Counted from the stretch's first letter, positions 15,001 to 32,699 are shown. The stretch: 64,000 bases of DNA from Nemertoderma westbladi (GCA_032718475.1 JAUCBJ010006054.1:11789-75788); one strand, 5' to 3'. Made by a program: numbers and translations. Notes: generated by a model not told the origin, from the letters alone.

Positions 15001-18000
15001 TGTACTAATAAACACGTACCATCAGCTCCAAATAACAATGTACTAATAAACGTACCATCAGCTCCAAATAACAATGTACTAATAAACGTACCATCAGCTC
15101 CAAATAACAATGTACTAATAAACGTACCATCAGCTCCAAATAACAATGTACTAATAAACGTACCATCAGCTCCAAATAACAATGTACTAATAAACACGTA
15201 CCATCAGCTCCAAATAACAATGTACTAATAAACACGTACCATCAGCTCCAAATAACAATGTACTAATAAACACGTACCATCAGCTCCAAATAACAATGTA
15301 CTAATAAACACGTACCATCAGCTCCAAATAACAATGTACTAATAAACACGTACCATCAGCTCCAAATAACAATGTACTAATAAACACGTACCATCAGCTC
15401 CAAATAACAATGTACTAATAAACACGTACCATCAGCTCCAAATAACAATGTACTAATAAACACGTACCATCAGCTCCAAATAACAATGTACTAATAAACA
15501 CGTACCATCAGCTCCAAATAACAATGTACTAATAAACGTACCATCAGCTCCAAATAACATGTATTAATAAACACGTACCATCAGCTCCAAATAACAATGT
15601 ACTAATAAACACGTACCATCAGCTCCAAATAACAATGTACTAATAAACACGTACCATCAGCTCCAAATATCATGTATTAATAAACACGTACCATCAGCTC
15701 CAAATATCAATGTACTAATAAACGTACCATCAGCTCCAAATAACAATGTACTAATAAACGTACCATCAGCTCCAAATAACAATGTACTAATAAACGTACC
15801 ATCAGCTCCAAATAACAATGTACTAATAAACACGTACCATCAGCTCCAAATATCATGTATTAATAAACACGTACCATCAGCTCCAAATAACAATGTACTA
15901 ATAAACACGTACCATCAGCTCCAAATAACAATGTACTAATAAACGTACCATCAGCTCCAAATAACAATGTACTAATAAACACGTACCATCAGCTCCAAAT
16001 AACAATGTACTAATAAACGTACCATCAGCTCCAAATAACAATGTACTAATAAACGTACCATCAGCTCCAAATAACAATGTACTAATAAACGTACCATCAG
16101 CTCCAAATAACAATGTACTAATAAACACGTACCATCAGCTCCAAATAACAATGTACTAATAAACACGTACCATCAGCTCCAAATATCATGTATTAATAAA
16201 CACGTACCATCAGCTCCAAATAACAATGTACTAATAAACACGTACCATCAGCTCCAAATATCATGTATTAACAAACGTACCATCAGCTCCAAATATCATG
16301 TATTAATAAACACGTACCATCAGCTCCAAATAACAATGTACTAATAAACACGTACCATCAGCTCCAAATATCATGTATTAATAAACGTACCATCAGCTCC
16401 AAATATCAATGTACTAATAAACGTACCATCAGCTCCAAATAACAATGTACTAATAAACGTACCATCAGCTCCAAATAACAATGTACTAATAAACGTACCA
16501 TCAGCTCCAAATAACAATGTACTAATAAACGTACCATCAGCTCCAAATAACAATGTACTAATAAACACGTACCATCAGCTCCAAATATCATGTATTAATA
16601 AACACGTACCATCAGCTCCAAATAACAATGTACTAATAAACACGTACCATCAGCTCCAAATATCATGTATTAATAAACGTACCATCAGCTCCAAATATCA
16701 ATGTACTAATAAACGTACCATCAGCTCCAAATAACAATGTACTAATAAACGTACCATCAGCTCCAAATAACAATGTACTAATAAACGTACCATCAGCTCC
16801 AAATAACAATGTACTAATAAACACGTACCATCAGCTCCAAATAACAATGTACTAATAAACACGTACCATCAGCTCCAAATAACAATGTACTAATAAACGT
16901 ACCATCAGCTCCAAATAACAATGTACTAATAAACACGTACCATCAGCTCCAAATATCATGTATTAATAAACACGTACCATCAGCTCCAAATAACAATGTA
17001 CTAATAAACACGTACCATCAGCTCCAAATAACAATGTACTAATAAACGTACCATCAGCTCCAAATAACAATGTACTAATAAACACGTACCATCAGCTCCA
17101 AATAACAATGTACTAATAAACGTACCATCAGCTCCAAATAACAATGTACTAATAAACACGTACCATCAGCTCCAAATATCATGTATTAATAAACACGTAC
17201 CATCAGCTCCAAATAACAATGTACTAATAAACACGTACCATCAGCTCCAAATAACAATGTACTAATAAACGTACCATCAGCTCCAAATAACAATGTACTA
17301 ATAAACACGTACCATCAGCTCCAAATAACAATGTACTAATAAACGTACCATCAGCTCCAAATAACAATGTACTAATAAACGTACCATCAGCTCCAAATAA
17401 CAATGTACTAATAAACGTACCATCAGCTCCAAATAACAATGTACTAATAAACACGTACCATCAGCTCCAAATAACAATGTACTAATAAACACGTACCATC
17501 AGCTCCAAATATCATGTATTAATAAACACGTACCATCAGCTCCAAATAACAATGTACTAATAAACACGTACCATCAGCTCCAAATATCATGTATTAACAA
17601 ACGTACCATCAGCTCCAAATATCATGTATTAATAAACACGTACCATCAGCTCCAAATAACAATGTACTAATAAACACGTACCATCAGCTCCAAATATCAT
17701 GTATTAATAAACGTACCATCAGCTCCAAATATCAATGTACTAATAAACGTACCATCAGCTCCAAATAACAATGTACTAATAAACGTACCATCAGCTCCAA
17801 ATAACAATGTACTAATAAACGTACCATCAGCTCCAAATAACAATGTACTAATAAACGTACCATCAGCTCCAAATAACAATGTACTAATAAACACGTACCA
17901 TCAGCTCCAAATATCATGTATTAATAAACACGTACCATCAGCTCCAAATAACAATGTACTAATAAACACGTACCATCAGCTCCAAATATCATGTATTAAT

Positions 18001-18199
18001 AAACACGTACCATCAGCTCCAAATATCATGTATTAATAAACACGTACCATCAGCTCCAAATAACAATGTACTAATAAACACGTACCATCAGCTCCAAATA
18101 TCAATGTACTAATAAACGTACCATCAGCTCCAAATAACAATGTACTAATAAACGTACCATCAGCTCCAAATAACAATGTACTAATAAACACGTACCATC

Positions 18200-21100
18200 A
18201 GCTCCAAATAACAATGTACTAATAAACACGTACCATCAGCTCCAAATATCATGTATTAATAAACGTACCATCAGCTCCAAATATCAATGTACTAATAAAC
18301 GTACCATCAGCTCCAAATAACAATGTACTAATAAACACGTACCATCAGCTCCAAATAACAATGTACTAATAAACACGTACCATCAGCTCCAAATATCATG
18401 TACTAATAAACACGTACCATCAGCTCCAAATAACAATGTACTAATAAACGTACCATCAGCTCCAAATAACAATGTACTAATAAACGTACCATCAGCTCCA
18501 AATAACAATGTACTAATAAACACGTACCATCAGCTCCAAATATCATGTATTAATAAACACGTACCATCAGCTCCAAATAACAATGTACTAATAAACACGT
18601 ACCATCAGCTCCAAATATCATGTATTAATAAACGTACCATCAGCTCCAAATATCAATGTACTAATAAACGTACCATCAGCTCCAAATAACAATGTACTAA
18701 TAAACGTACCATCAGCTCCAAATAACAATGTACTAATAAACGTACCATCAGCTCCAAATATCATGTATTAATAAACACGTACCATCAGCTCCAAATAACA
18801 ATGTACTAATAAACGTACCATCAGCTCCAAATAACAATGTACTAATAAACGTACCATCAGCTCCAAATAACAATGTACTAATAAACACGTACCATCAGCT
18901 CCAAATAACAATGTACTAATAAACGTACCATCAGCTCCAAATAACAATGTACTAATAAACGTACCATCAGCTCCAAATAACAATGTACTAATAAACACGT
19001 ACCATCAGCTCCAAATATCATGTATTAATAAACACGTACCATCAGCTCCAAATATCATGTATTAATAAACACGTACCATCAGCTCCAAATATCATGTATT
19101 AACAAACGTACCATCAGCTCCAAATATCAATGTACTAATAAACGTACCATCAGCTCCAAATAACAATGTACTAATAAACGTACCATCAGCTCCAAATAAC
19201 AATGTACTAATAAACGTACCATCAGCTCCAAATAACAATGTACTAATAAACGTACCATCAGCTCCAAATAACAATGTACTAATAAACACGTACCATCAGC
19301 TCCAAATATCATGTATTAATAAACACGTACCATCAGCTCCAAATAACAATGTACTAATAAACACGTACCATCAGCTCCAAATATCATGTATTAATAAACG
19401 TACCATCAGCTCCAAATATCAATGTACTAATAAACGTACCATCAGCTCCAAATAACAATGTACTAATAAACGTACCATCAGCTCCAAATAACAATGTACT
19501 AATAAACACGTACCATCAGCTCCAAATAACAATGTACTAATAAACACGTACCATCAGCTCCAAATATCATGTATTAATAAACGTACCATCAGCTCCAAAT
19601 ATCAATGTACTAATAAACGTACCATCAGCTCCAAATAACAATGTACTAATAAACACGTACCATCAGCTCCAAATAACAATGTACTAATAAACGTACCATC
19701 AGCTCCAAATAACAATGTACTAATAAACGTACCATCAGCTCCAAATAACAATGTACTAATAAACGTACCATCAGCTCCAAATAACAATGTACTAATAAAC
19801 ACGTACCATCAGCTCCAAATAACAATGTACTAATAAACACGTACCATCAGCTCCAAATATCATGTATTAATAAACGTACCATCAGCTCCAAATATCAATG
19901 TACTAATAAACGTACCATCAGCTCCAAATAACAATGTACTAATAAACGTACCATCAGCTCCAAATAACAATGTACTAATAAACGTACCATCAGCTCCAAA
20001 TAACAATGTACTAATAAACACGTACCATCAGCTCCAAATAACAATGTACTAATAAACACGTACCATCAGCTCCAAATATCATGTATTAATAAACGTACCA
20101 TCAGCTCCAAATATCAATGTACTAATAAACGTACCATCAGCTCCAAATAACAATGTACTAATAAACACGTACCATCAGCTCCAAATAACAATGTACTAAT
20201 AAACGTACCATCAGCTCCAAATAACAATGTACTAATAAACGTACCATCAGCTCCAAATAACAATGTACTAATAAACGTACCATCAGCTCCAAATAACAAT
20301 GTACTAATAAACACGTACCATCAGCTCCAAATATCATGTATTAATAAACACGTACCATCAGCTCCAAATAACAATGTACTAATAAACGTACCATCAGCTC
20401 CAAATAACAATGTACTAATAAACGTACCATCAGCTCCAAATAACAATGTACTAATAAACGTACCATCAGCTCCAAATAACAATGTACTAATAAACACGTA
20501 CCATCAGCTCCAAATATCATGTATTAATAAACACGTACCATCAGCTCCAAATAACAATGTACTAATAAACACGTACCATCAGCTCCAAATATCATGTATT
20601 AATAAACGTACCATCAGCTCCAAATATCAATGTACTAATAAACGTACCATCAGCTCCAAATAACAATGTACTAATAAACGTACCATCAGCTCCAAATAAC
20701 AATGTACTAATAAACACGTACCATCAGCTCCAAATAACAATGTACTAATAAACGTACCATCAGCTCCAAATAACAATGTACTAATAAACGTACCATCAGC
20801 TCCAAATAACAATGTACTAATAAACACGTACCATCAGCTCCAAATATCATGTATTAATAAACACGTACCATCAGCTCCAAATAACAATGTACTAATAAAC
20901 GTACCATCAGCTCCAAATAACAATGTACTAATAAACACGTACCATCAGCTCCAAATAACAATGTACTAATAAACGTACCATCAGCTCCAAATAACAATGT
21001 ACTAATAAACGTACCATCAGCTCCAAATAACAATGTACTAATAAACACGTACCATCAGCTCCAAATATCATGTATTAATAAACACGTACCATCAGCTCCA

Positions 21101-24100
21101 AATAACAATGTACTAATAAACACGTACCATCAGCTCCAAATATCATGTATTAATAAACACGTACCATCAGCTCCAAATAACAATGTACTAATAAACACGT
21201 ACCATCAGCTCCAAATATCAATGTACTAATAAACGTACCATCAGCTCCAAATAACAATGTACTAATAAACGTACCATCAGCTCCAAATAACAATGTACTA
21301 ATAAACACGTACCATCAGCTCCAAATAACAATGTACTAATAAACACGTACCATCAGCTCCAAATATCATGTATTAATAAACACGTACCATCAGCTCCAAA
21401 TAACAATGTACTAATAAACACGTACCATCAGCTCCAAATATCATGTATTAATAAACGTACCATCAGCTCCAAATATCAATGTACTAATAAACGTACCATC
21501 AGCTCCAAATAACAATGTACTAATAAACACGTACCATCAGCTCCAAATAACAATGTACTAATAAACACGTACCATCAGCTCCAAATATCAATGTACTAAT
21601 AAACACGTACCATCAGCTCCAAATAACAATGTACTAATAAACGTACCATCAGCTCCAAATAACAATGTACTAATAAACGTACCATCAGCTCCAAATAACA
21701 ATGTACTAATAAACACGTACCATCAGCTCCAAATATCATGTATTAATAAACACGTACCATCAGCTCCAAATAACAATGTACTAATAAACACGTACCATCA
21801 GCTCCAAATATCATGTATTAATAAACACGTACCATCAGCTCCAAATATCAATGTACTAATAAACGTACCATCAGCTCCAAATAACAATGTACTAATAAAC
21901 GTACCATCAGCTCCAAATAACAATGTACTAATAAACGTACCATCAGCTCCAAATATCATGTATTAATAAACACGTACCATCAGCTCCAAATAACAATGTA
22001 CTAATAAACGTACCATCAGCTCCAAATAACAATGTACTAATAAACGTACCATCAGCTCCAAATAACAATGTACTAATAAACACGTACCATCAGCTCCAAA
22101 TAACAATGTACTAATAAACGTACCATCAGCTCCAAATAACAATGTACTAATAAACGTACCATCAGCTCCAAATAACAATGTACTAATAAACACGTACCAT
22201 CAGCTCCAAATATCATGTATTAATAAACACGTACCATCAGCTCCAAATATCAATGTACTAATAAACACGTACCATCAGCTCCAAATATCATGTATTAATA
22301 AACGTACCATCAGCTCCAAATATCAATGTACTAATAAACGTACCATCAGCTCCAAATAACAATGTACTAATAAACGTACCATCAGCTCCAAATAACAATG
22401 TACTAATAAACGTACCATCAGCTCCAAATAACAATGTACTAATAAACGTACCATCAGCTCCAAATAACAATGTACTAATAAACACGTACCATCAGCTCCA
22501 AATATCATGTATTAATAAACACGTACCATCAGCTCCAAATAACAATGTACTAATAAACACGTACCATCAGCTCCAAATATCATGTATTAATAAACGTACC
22601 ATCAGCTCCAAATATCAATGTACTAATAAACGTACCATCAGCTCCAAATAACAATGTACTAATAAACGTACCATCAGCTCCAAATAACAATGTACTAATA
22701 AACACGTACCATCAGCTCCAAATAACAATGTACTAATAAACACGTACCATCAGCTCCAAATATCATGTATTAATAAACGTACCATCAGCTCCAAATATCA
22801 ATGTACTAATAAACGTACCATCAGCTCCAAATAACAATGTACTAATAAACACGTACCATCAGCTCCAAATAACAATGTACTAATAAACGTACCATCAGCT
22901 CCAAATAACAATGTACTAATAAACGTACCATCAGCTCCAAATAACAATGTACTAATAAACGTACCATCAGCTCCAAATAACAATGTACTAATAAACACGT
23001 ACCATCAGCTCCAAATAACAATGTACTAATAAACACGTACCATCAGCTCCAAATATCATGTATTAATAAACGTACCATCAGCTCCAAATATCAATGTACT
23101 AATAAACGTACCATCAGCTCCAAATAACAATGTACTAATAAACGTACCATCAGCTCCAAATAACAATGTACTAATAAACGTACCATCAGCTCCAAATAAC
23201 AATGTACTAATAAACACGTACCATCAGCTCCAAATAACAATGTACTAATAAACACGTACCATCAGCTCCAAATATCATGTATTAATAAACGTACCATCAG
23301 CTCCAAATATCAATGTACTAATAAACGTACCATCAGCTCCAAATAACAATGTACTAATAAACACGTACCATCAGCTCCAAATAACAATGTACTAATAAAC
23401 GTACCATCAGCTCCAAATAACAATGTACTAATAAACGTACCATCAGCTCCAAATAACAATGTACTAATAAACGTACCATCAGCTCCAAATAACAATGTAC
23501 TAATAAACACGTACCATCAGCTCCAAATATCATGTATTAATAAACACGTACCATCAGCTCCAAATAACAATGTACTAATAAACGTACCATCAGCTCCAAA
23601 TAACAATGTACTAATAAACGTACCATCAGCTCCAAATAACAATGTACTAATAAACGTACCATCAGCTCCAAATAACAATGTACTAATAAACACGTACCAT
23701 CAGCTCCAAATATCATGTACTAATAAACACGTACCATCAGCTCCAAATAACAATGTACTAATAAACACGTACCATCAGCTCCAAATATCATGTATTAATA
23801 AACGTACCATCAGCTCCAAATATCAATGTACTAATAAACGTACCATCAGCTCCAAATAACAATGTACTAATAAACGTACCATCAGCTCCAAATAACAATG
23901 TACTAATAAACACGTACCATCAGCTCCAAATAACAATGTACTAATAAACGTACCATCAGCTCCAAATAACAATGTACTAATAAACGTACCATCAGCTCCA
24001 AATAACAATGTACTAATAAACACGTACCATCAGCTCCAAATATCATGTATTAATAAACACGTACCATCAGCTCCAAATAACAATGTACTAATAAACGTAC

Positions 24101-24550
24101 CATCAGCTCCAAATAACAATGTACTAATAAACACGTACCATCAGCTCCAAATAACAATGTACTAATAAACGTACCATCAGCTCCAAATAACAATGTACTA
24201 ATAAACGTACCATCAGCTCCAAATAACAATGTACTAATAAACACGTACCATCAGCTCCAAATATCATGTATTAATAAACACGTACCATCAGCTCCAAATA
24301 ACAATGTACTAATAAACACGTACCATCAGCTCCAAATATCATGTATTAATAAACACGTACCATCAGCTCCAAATAACAATGTACTAATAAACACGTACCA
24401 TCAGCTCCAAATATCAATGTACTAATAAACGTACCATCAGCTCCAAATAACAATGTACTAATAAACGTACCATCAGCTCCAAATAACAATGTACTAATAA
24501 ACACGTACCATCAGCTCCAAATAACAATGTACTAATAAACACGTACCATC
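18200..24550 (+). repeat. ~3.2-kb tandem duplication (higher-order) within the satellite; boundaries approximate
   Basis: The ORF-track pattern recurs at a constant offset of 3195-3196: 18768/21963, 19092/22288, 19602/22798, 20114/23310, 20627/23823, 20854/24050. Confidence 0.85.
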
Positions 24551-27500
24551 AGCTCCAAATATCAATGTACTAATAAACGTACCATCAGCTCCAAATAACA
24601 TGTATTAATAAACACGTACCATCAGCTCCAAATAACAATGTACTAATAAACACGTACCATCAGCTCCAAATAACAATGTACTAATAAACACGTACCATCA
24701 GCTCCAAATAACAATGTACTAATAAACACGTACCATCAGCTCCAAATAACAATGTACTAATAAACACGTACCATCAGCTCCAAATAACAATGTACTAATA
24801 AACACGTACCATCAGCTCCAAATAACAATGTACTAATAAACACGTACCATCAGCTCCAAATAACAATGTACTAATAAACACGTACCATCAGCTCCAAATA
24901 ACAATGTACTAATAATCACGTACCATCAGCTCCAAATATCAATGTACTAATAAACGTACCATCAGCTCCAAATAACATGTATTAATAAACACGTACCATC
25001 AGCTCCAAATAACAATGTACTAATAAACACGTACCATCAGCTCCAAATAACAATGTACTAATAAACACGTACCATCAGCTCCAAATAACAATGTACTAAT
25101 AATCACGTACCATCAGCTCCAAATATCAATGTACTAATAAACGTACCATCAGCTCCAAATAACATGTATTAATAAACACGTACCATCAGCTCCAAATAAC
25201 AATGTACTAATAAACGTTCCATCAGCTCCAAATAACAATGTACTAATAAACGTACCATCAGCTCCAAATAACAATGTACTAATAAACACGTACCATCAGC
25301 TCCAAATATCAATGTACTAATAAACACGTACCATCAGCTCCAAATATCATGTATTAATAAACACGTACCATCAGCTCCAAATAACAATGTACTAATAAAC
25401 ACGTACCATCAGCTCCAAATATCATGTATTAATAAACACGTACCATCAGCTCCAAATAACAATGTACTAATAAACACGTACCATCAGCTCCAAATAACAA
25501 TGTACTAATAAACACGTACCATCAGCTCCAAATATCAATGTACTAATAAACGTACCATCAGCTCCAAATAACAATGTACTAATAAACGTACCATCAGCTC
25601 CAAATAACAATGTACTAATAAACGTTCCATCAGCTCCAAATATCAATGTACTAATAAACACGTACCATCAGCTCCAAATATCATGTATTAATAAACACGT
25701 ACCATCAGCTCCAAATAACAATGTACTAATAAACACGTACCATCAGCTCCAAATATCATGTATTAATAAACACGTACCATCAGCTCCAAATAACAATGTA
25801 CTAATAAACACGTACCATCAGCTCCAAATAACAATGTACTAATAAACACGTACCATCAGCTCCAAATAACAATGTACTAATAAACGTTCCATCAGCTCCA
25901 AATAACAATGTACTAATAAACGTACCATCAGCTCCAAATAACAATGTACTAATAAACACGTACCATCAGCTCCAAATATCAATGTACTAATAAACACGTA
26001 CCATCAGCTCCAAATATCATGTATTAATAAACACGTACCATCAGCTCCAAATAACAATGTACTAATAAACGTACCATCAGCTCCAAATAACAATGTACTA
26101 ATAACACGTACCATCAGCTCCAAATAACAATGTACTAATAAACACGTTCCATCAGCTCCAAATAACAATGTACTAATAAACACGTACCATCAGCTCCAAA
26201 TATCATGTATTAATAAACACGTACCATCAGCTCCAAATAACAATGTACTAATAAACACGTACCATCAGCTCCAAATATCAATGTACTAATAAACGTACCA
26301 TCAGCTCCAAATAACAATGTACTAATAAACACGTTCCATCAGCTCCAAATATCATGTATTAATAAACACGTACCATCAGCTCTAAATATCATGTATTAAT
26401 AAACACGTACCATCAGCTCCAAATATCATGTACTAATAAACACGTACCATCAGCTCCAAATATCATGTACTAATAAACACGTACCATCAGCTCCAAATAA
26501 CAATGTACTAATAAACACGTACCATCAGCTCCAAATAACAATGTACTAATAAACGTACCATCAGCTCCAAATAACAATGTACTAATAAACACGTACCATC
26601 AGCTCCAAATAACAATGTACTAATAAACGTATCATCAGCTCCAAATAACAATGTACTAATAAACACGTACCATCAGCTCCAAATATCATGTATTAATAAA
26701 CACGTACCATCAGCTCCAAATAACAATGTACTAATAAACACGTACCATCAGCTCCAAATATCATGTATTAATAAACACGTACCATCAGCTCCAAATAACA
26801 ATGTACTAATAAACACGTACCATCAGCTCCAAATATCAATGTACTAATAAACGTACCATCAGCTCCAAATAACAATGTACTAATAAACACGTACCATCAG
26901 CTCCAAATATCATGTATTAATAAACACGTACCATCAGCTCCAAATAACAATGTACTAATAAACACGTACCATCAGCTCCAAATATCAATGTACTAATAAA
27001 CGTACCATCAGCTCCAAATAACAATGTACTAATAAACACGTTCCATCAGCTCCAAATAACAATGTACTAATAAACACGTACCATCAGCTCCAAATAACAA
27101 TGTACTAATAAACACGTACCATCAGCTCCAAATAACAATGTACTAATAAACACGTACCATCAGCTCCAAATAACAATGTACTAATAAACACGTACCATCA
27201 GCTCCAAATAACAATGTACTAATAAACGTACCATCAGCTCCAAATAACAATGTACTAATAAACACGTACCATCAGCTCCAAATAACAATGTACTAATAAA
27301 CACGTACCATCAGCTCCAAATAACAATGTACTAATAAACGTACCATCAGCTCCAAATAACAATGTACTAATAAACACGTACCATCAGCTCCAAATATCAT
27401 GTATTAATAAACACGTACCATCAGCTCCAAATAACAATGTACTAATAAACACGTACCATCAGCTCCAAATATCAATGTACTAATAAACACGTACCATCAG

Positions 27501-30500
27501 CTCCAAATATCATGTATTAATAAACACGTACCATCAGCTCCAAATAACAATGTACTAATAAACACGTACCATCAGCTCCAAATAACAATGTACTAATAAA
27601 CACGTACCATCAGCTCCAAATATCATGTATTAATAAACACGTACCATCAGCTCCAAATAACAATGTACTAATAAACACGTACCATCAGCTCCAAATATCA
27701 ATGTACTAATAAACACGTACCATCAGCTCCAAATAACAATGTACTAATAAACACGTACCATCAGCTCCAAATATCAATGTACTAATAAACACGTACCATC
27801 AGCTCCAAATAACAATGTACTAATAAACACGTACCATCAGCTCCAAATATCAATGTACTAATAAACACGTACCATCAGCTCCAAATATCAATGTACTAAT
27901 AAACACGTACCATCAGCTCCAAATAACAATGTACTAATAAACACGTACCATCAGCTCCAAATAACAATGTACTAATAAACACGTACCATCAGCTCCAAAT
28001 ATCATGTATTAATAAACACGTACCATCAGCTCCAAATAACAATGTACTAATAAACACGTACCATCAGCTCCAAATATCAATGTACTAATAAACACGTACC
28101 ATCAGCTCCAAATAACAATGTACTAATAAACGTACCATCAGCTCCAAATAACAATGTACTAATAAACACGTACCATCAGCTCCAAATATCATGTACTAAT
28201 AAACACGTACCATCAGCTCCAAATATCATGTATTAATAAACACGTACCATCAGCTCCAAATAACAATGTACTAATAAACACGTACCATCAGCTCCAAATA
28301 TCAATGTACTAATAAACACGTACCATCAGCTCCAAATAACAATGTACTAATAAACGTACCATCAGCTCCAAATAACAATGTACTAATAAACGTACCATCA
28401 GCTCCAAATAACAATGTACTAATAAACACGTACCATCAGCTCCAAATAACAATGTACTAATAAACACGTACCATCAGCTCCAAATAACAATGTACTAATA
28501 AACACGTACCATCAGCTCCAAATAACAATGTACTAATAAACACGTACCATCAGCTCCAAATAACAATGTACTAATAAACACGTACCATCAGCTCCAAATA
28601 TCATGTATTAATAAACACGTACCATCAGCTCCAAATATCATGTATTAATAAACACGTACCATCAGCTCCAAATATCATGTATTAATAAACACGTACCATC
28701 AGCTCCAAATATCATGTATTAATAAACACGTACCATCAGCTCCAAATAACAATGTACTAATAAACGTACCATCAGCTCCAAATAACAATGTACTAATAAA
28801 CACGTACCATCAGCTCCAAATAACAATGTACTAATAAACACGTACCATCAGCTCCAAATAACAATGTACTAATAAACACGTACCATCAGCTCCAAATAAC
28901 AATGTACTAATAAACACGTACCATCAGCTCCAAATATCATGTATTAATAAACACGTACCATCAGCTCCAAATATCATGTATTAATAAACACGTACCATCA
29001 GCTCCAAATATCATGTATTAATAAACACGTACCATCAGCTCCAAATATCATGTATTAATAAACACGTACCATCAGCTCCAAATAACAATGTACTAATAAA
29101 CACGTACCATCAGCTCCAAATAACAATGTACTAATAAACACGTACCATCAGCTCCAAATATCATGTATTAATAAACACGTACCATCAGCTCCAAATATCA
29201 TGTATTAATAAACACGTACCATCAGCTCCAAATATCATGTATTAATAAACACGTACCATCAGCTCCAAATATCATGTATTAATAAACACGTACCATCAGC
29301 TCCAAATAACAATGTACTAATAAACGTACCATCAGCTCCAAATAACAATGTACTAATAAACACGTACCATCAGCTCCAAATAACAATGTACTAATAAACA
29401 CGTACCATCAGCTCCAAATAACAATGTACTAATAAACACGTACCATCAGCTCCAAATAACAATGTACTAATAAACACGTACCATCAGCTCCAAATATCAT
29501 GTATTAATAAACACGTACCATCAGCTCCAAATATCATGTATTAATAAACACGTACCATCAGCTCCAAATATCATGTATTAATAAACACGTACCATCAGCT
29601 CCAAATATCATGTATTAATAAACACGTACCATCAGCTCCAAATAACAATGTACTAATAAACACGTACCATCAGCTCCAAATAACAATGTACTAATAAACA
29701 CGTACCATCAGCTCCAAATATCAATGTACTAATAAACACGTACCATCAGCTCCAAATAACAATGTACTAATAAACGTACCATCAGCTCCAAATAACAATG
29801 TACTAATAAACGTACCATCAGCTCCAAATAACAATGTACTAATAAACACGTACCATCAGCTCCAAATAACAATGTACTAATAAACACGTACCATCAGCTC
29901 CAAATAACAATGTACTAATGAACACGTACCATCAGCTCTAAATAACAATGTACTAATAAACACGTACCATCAGCTCCAAATAACAATGTACTAATAAACA
30001 CGTACCATCAGCTCCAAATAACAATGTACTAATAAACACGTACCATCAGCTCCAAATAACAATGTACTAATAAACACGTACCATCAGCTCCAAATAACAA
30101 TGTACTAATAAACGTACCATCAGCTCCAAATAACAATGTACTAATAAACGTACCATCAGCTCTAAATATCATGTATTAATAAACACGTACCATCAGCTCC
30201 AAATAACAATGTACTAATAAACGTACCATCAGCTCCAAATAACAATGTACTAATAAACACGTACCATCAGCTCCAAATATCATGTATTAATAAACACGTA
30301 CCATCAGCTCCAAATAACAATGTACTAATAAACACGTACCATCAGCTCCAAATATCAATGTACTAATAAACGTACCATCAGCTCCAAATAACAATGTACT
30401 AATAAACACGTACCATCAGCTCCAAATATCATGTATTAATAAACACGTTCCATCAGCTCCAAATAACAATGTACTAATAAACGTACCATCAGCTCCAAAT

Positions 30501-32699
30501 AACAATGTACTAATAAACACGTACCATCAGCTCCAAATAACAATGTACTAATAAACACGTACCATCAGCTCCAAATATCAATGTACTAATAAACGTACCA
30601 TCAGCTCCAAATAACAATGTACTAATAAACACGTTCCATCAGCTCCAAATAACAATGTACTAATAAACACGTACCATCAGCTCCAAATATCAATGTACTA
30701 ATAAACGTACCATCAGCTCCAAATAACAATGTACTAATAAACACGTACCATCAGCTCCAAATATCAATGTACTAATAAACGTACCATCAGCTCCAAATAA
30801 CAATGTACTAATAAACACGTACCATCAGCTCCAAATAACAATGTACTAATAAACACGTACCATCAGCTCCAAATATCAATGTACTAATAAACGTACCATC
30901 AGCTCCAAATAACAATGTACTAATAAACACGTACCATCAGCTCCAAATAACAATGTACTAATAAACACGTACCATCAGCTCCAAATATCAATGTACTAAT
31001 AAACGTACCATCAGCTCCAAATATCATGTATTAATAAACACGTACCATCAGCTCCAAATAACAATGTACTAATAAACGTACCATCAGCTCCAAATAACAA
31101 TGTACTAATAAACACGTACCATCAGCTCCAAATATCAATGTACTAATAAACGTACCATCAGCTCCAAATAACAATGTACTAATAAACACGTACCATCAGC
31201 TCCAAATAACATGTATTAATAAACACGTTCCATCAGCTCCAAATAACAATGTACTAATAAACGTACCATCAGCTCCAAATAACAATGTACTAATAAACAC
31301 GTACCATCAGCTCCAAATAACAATGTACTAATAAACACGTACCATCAGCTCCAAATAACAATGTACTAATAAACACGTACCATCAGCTCCAAATATCAAT
31401 GTACTAATAAACGTACCATCAGCTCCAAATAACAATGTACTAATAAACACGTACCATCAGCTCCAAATAACAATGTACTAATAAACGTTCCATCAGCTCC
31501 AAATATCATGTATTAATAAACACGCACCATCAGCTCCAAATATCAATGTACTAATAAACGTACCATCAGCTCCAAATAACAATGTACTAATAAACGTACC
31601 ATCAGCTCCAAATAACAATGTACTAATAAACACGTACCATCAGCTCCAAATATCAATGTACTAATAAACGTACCATCAGCTCCAAATAACAATGTACTAA
31701 TAAACGTACCATCAGCTCCAAATAACAATGTACTAATAAACGTACCATCAGCTCCAAATAACATGTATTAATAAACACGTACCATCAGCTCCAAATATCA
31801 ATGTACTAATAAACGTACCATCAGCTCCAAATAACAATGTACTAATAAACGTACCATCAGCTCCAAATATCATGTATTAATAAACACGTACCATCAGCTC
31901 CAAATAACAATGTACTAATAAACACGTACCATCAGCTCCAAATAACAATGTACTAATAAACACGTACCATCAGCTCCAAATAACAATGTACTAATAAACG
32001 TACCATCAGCTCCAAATAACAATGTACTAATAAACACGTACCATCAGCTCCAAATAACAATGTACTAATAAACACGTACCATCAGCTCCAAATATCATGT
32101 ATTAATAAACACGTACCATCAGCTCCAAATAACAATGTACTAATAAACACGTACCATCAGCTCCAAATATCATGTATTAATAAACACGTACCATCAGCTC
32201 CAAATAACAATGTACTAATAAACGTACCATCAGCTCCAAATAACATGTATTAATAAACACGTACCATCAGCTCCAAATATCAATGTACTAATAAACGTAC
32301 CATCAGCTCCAAATAACAATGTACTAATAAACGTACCATCAGCTCCAAATAACAATGTACTAATAAACACGTACCATCAGCTCCAAATAACAATGTACTA
32401 ATAAACACGTACCATCAGCTCCAAATAACAATGTACTAATAAACGTTCCATCAGCTCCAAATAACAATGTACTAATAAACGTACCATCAGCTCCAAATAA
32501 CAATGTACTAATAAACACGTACCATCAGCTCCAAATATCAATGTACTAATAAACACGTACCATCAGCTCCAAATATCATGTATTAATAAACACGTACCAT
32601 CAGCTCCAAATAACAATGTACTAATAAACACGTACCATCAGCTCCAAATATCATGTATTAATAAACACGTACCATCAGCTCCAAATAACAATGTACTAA

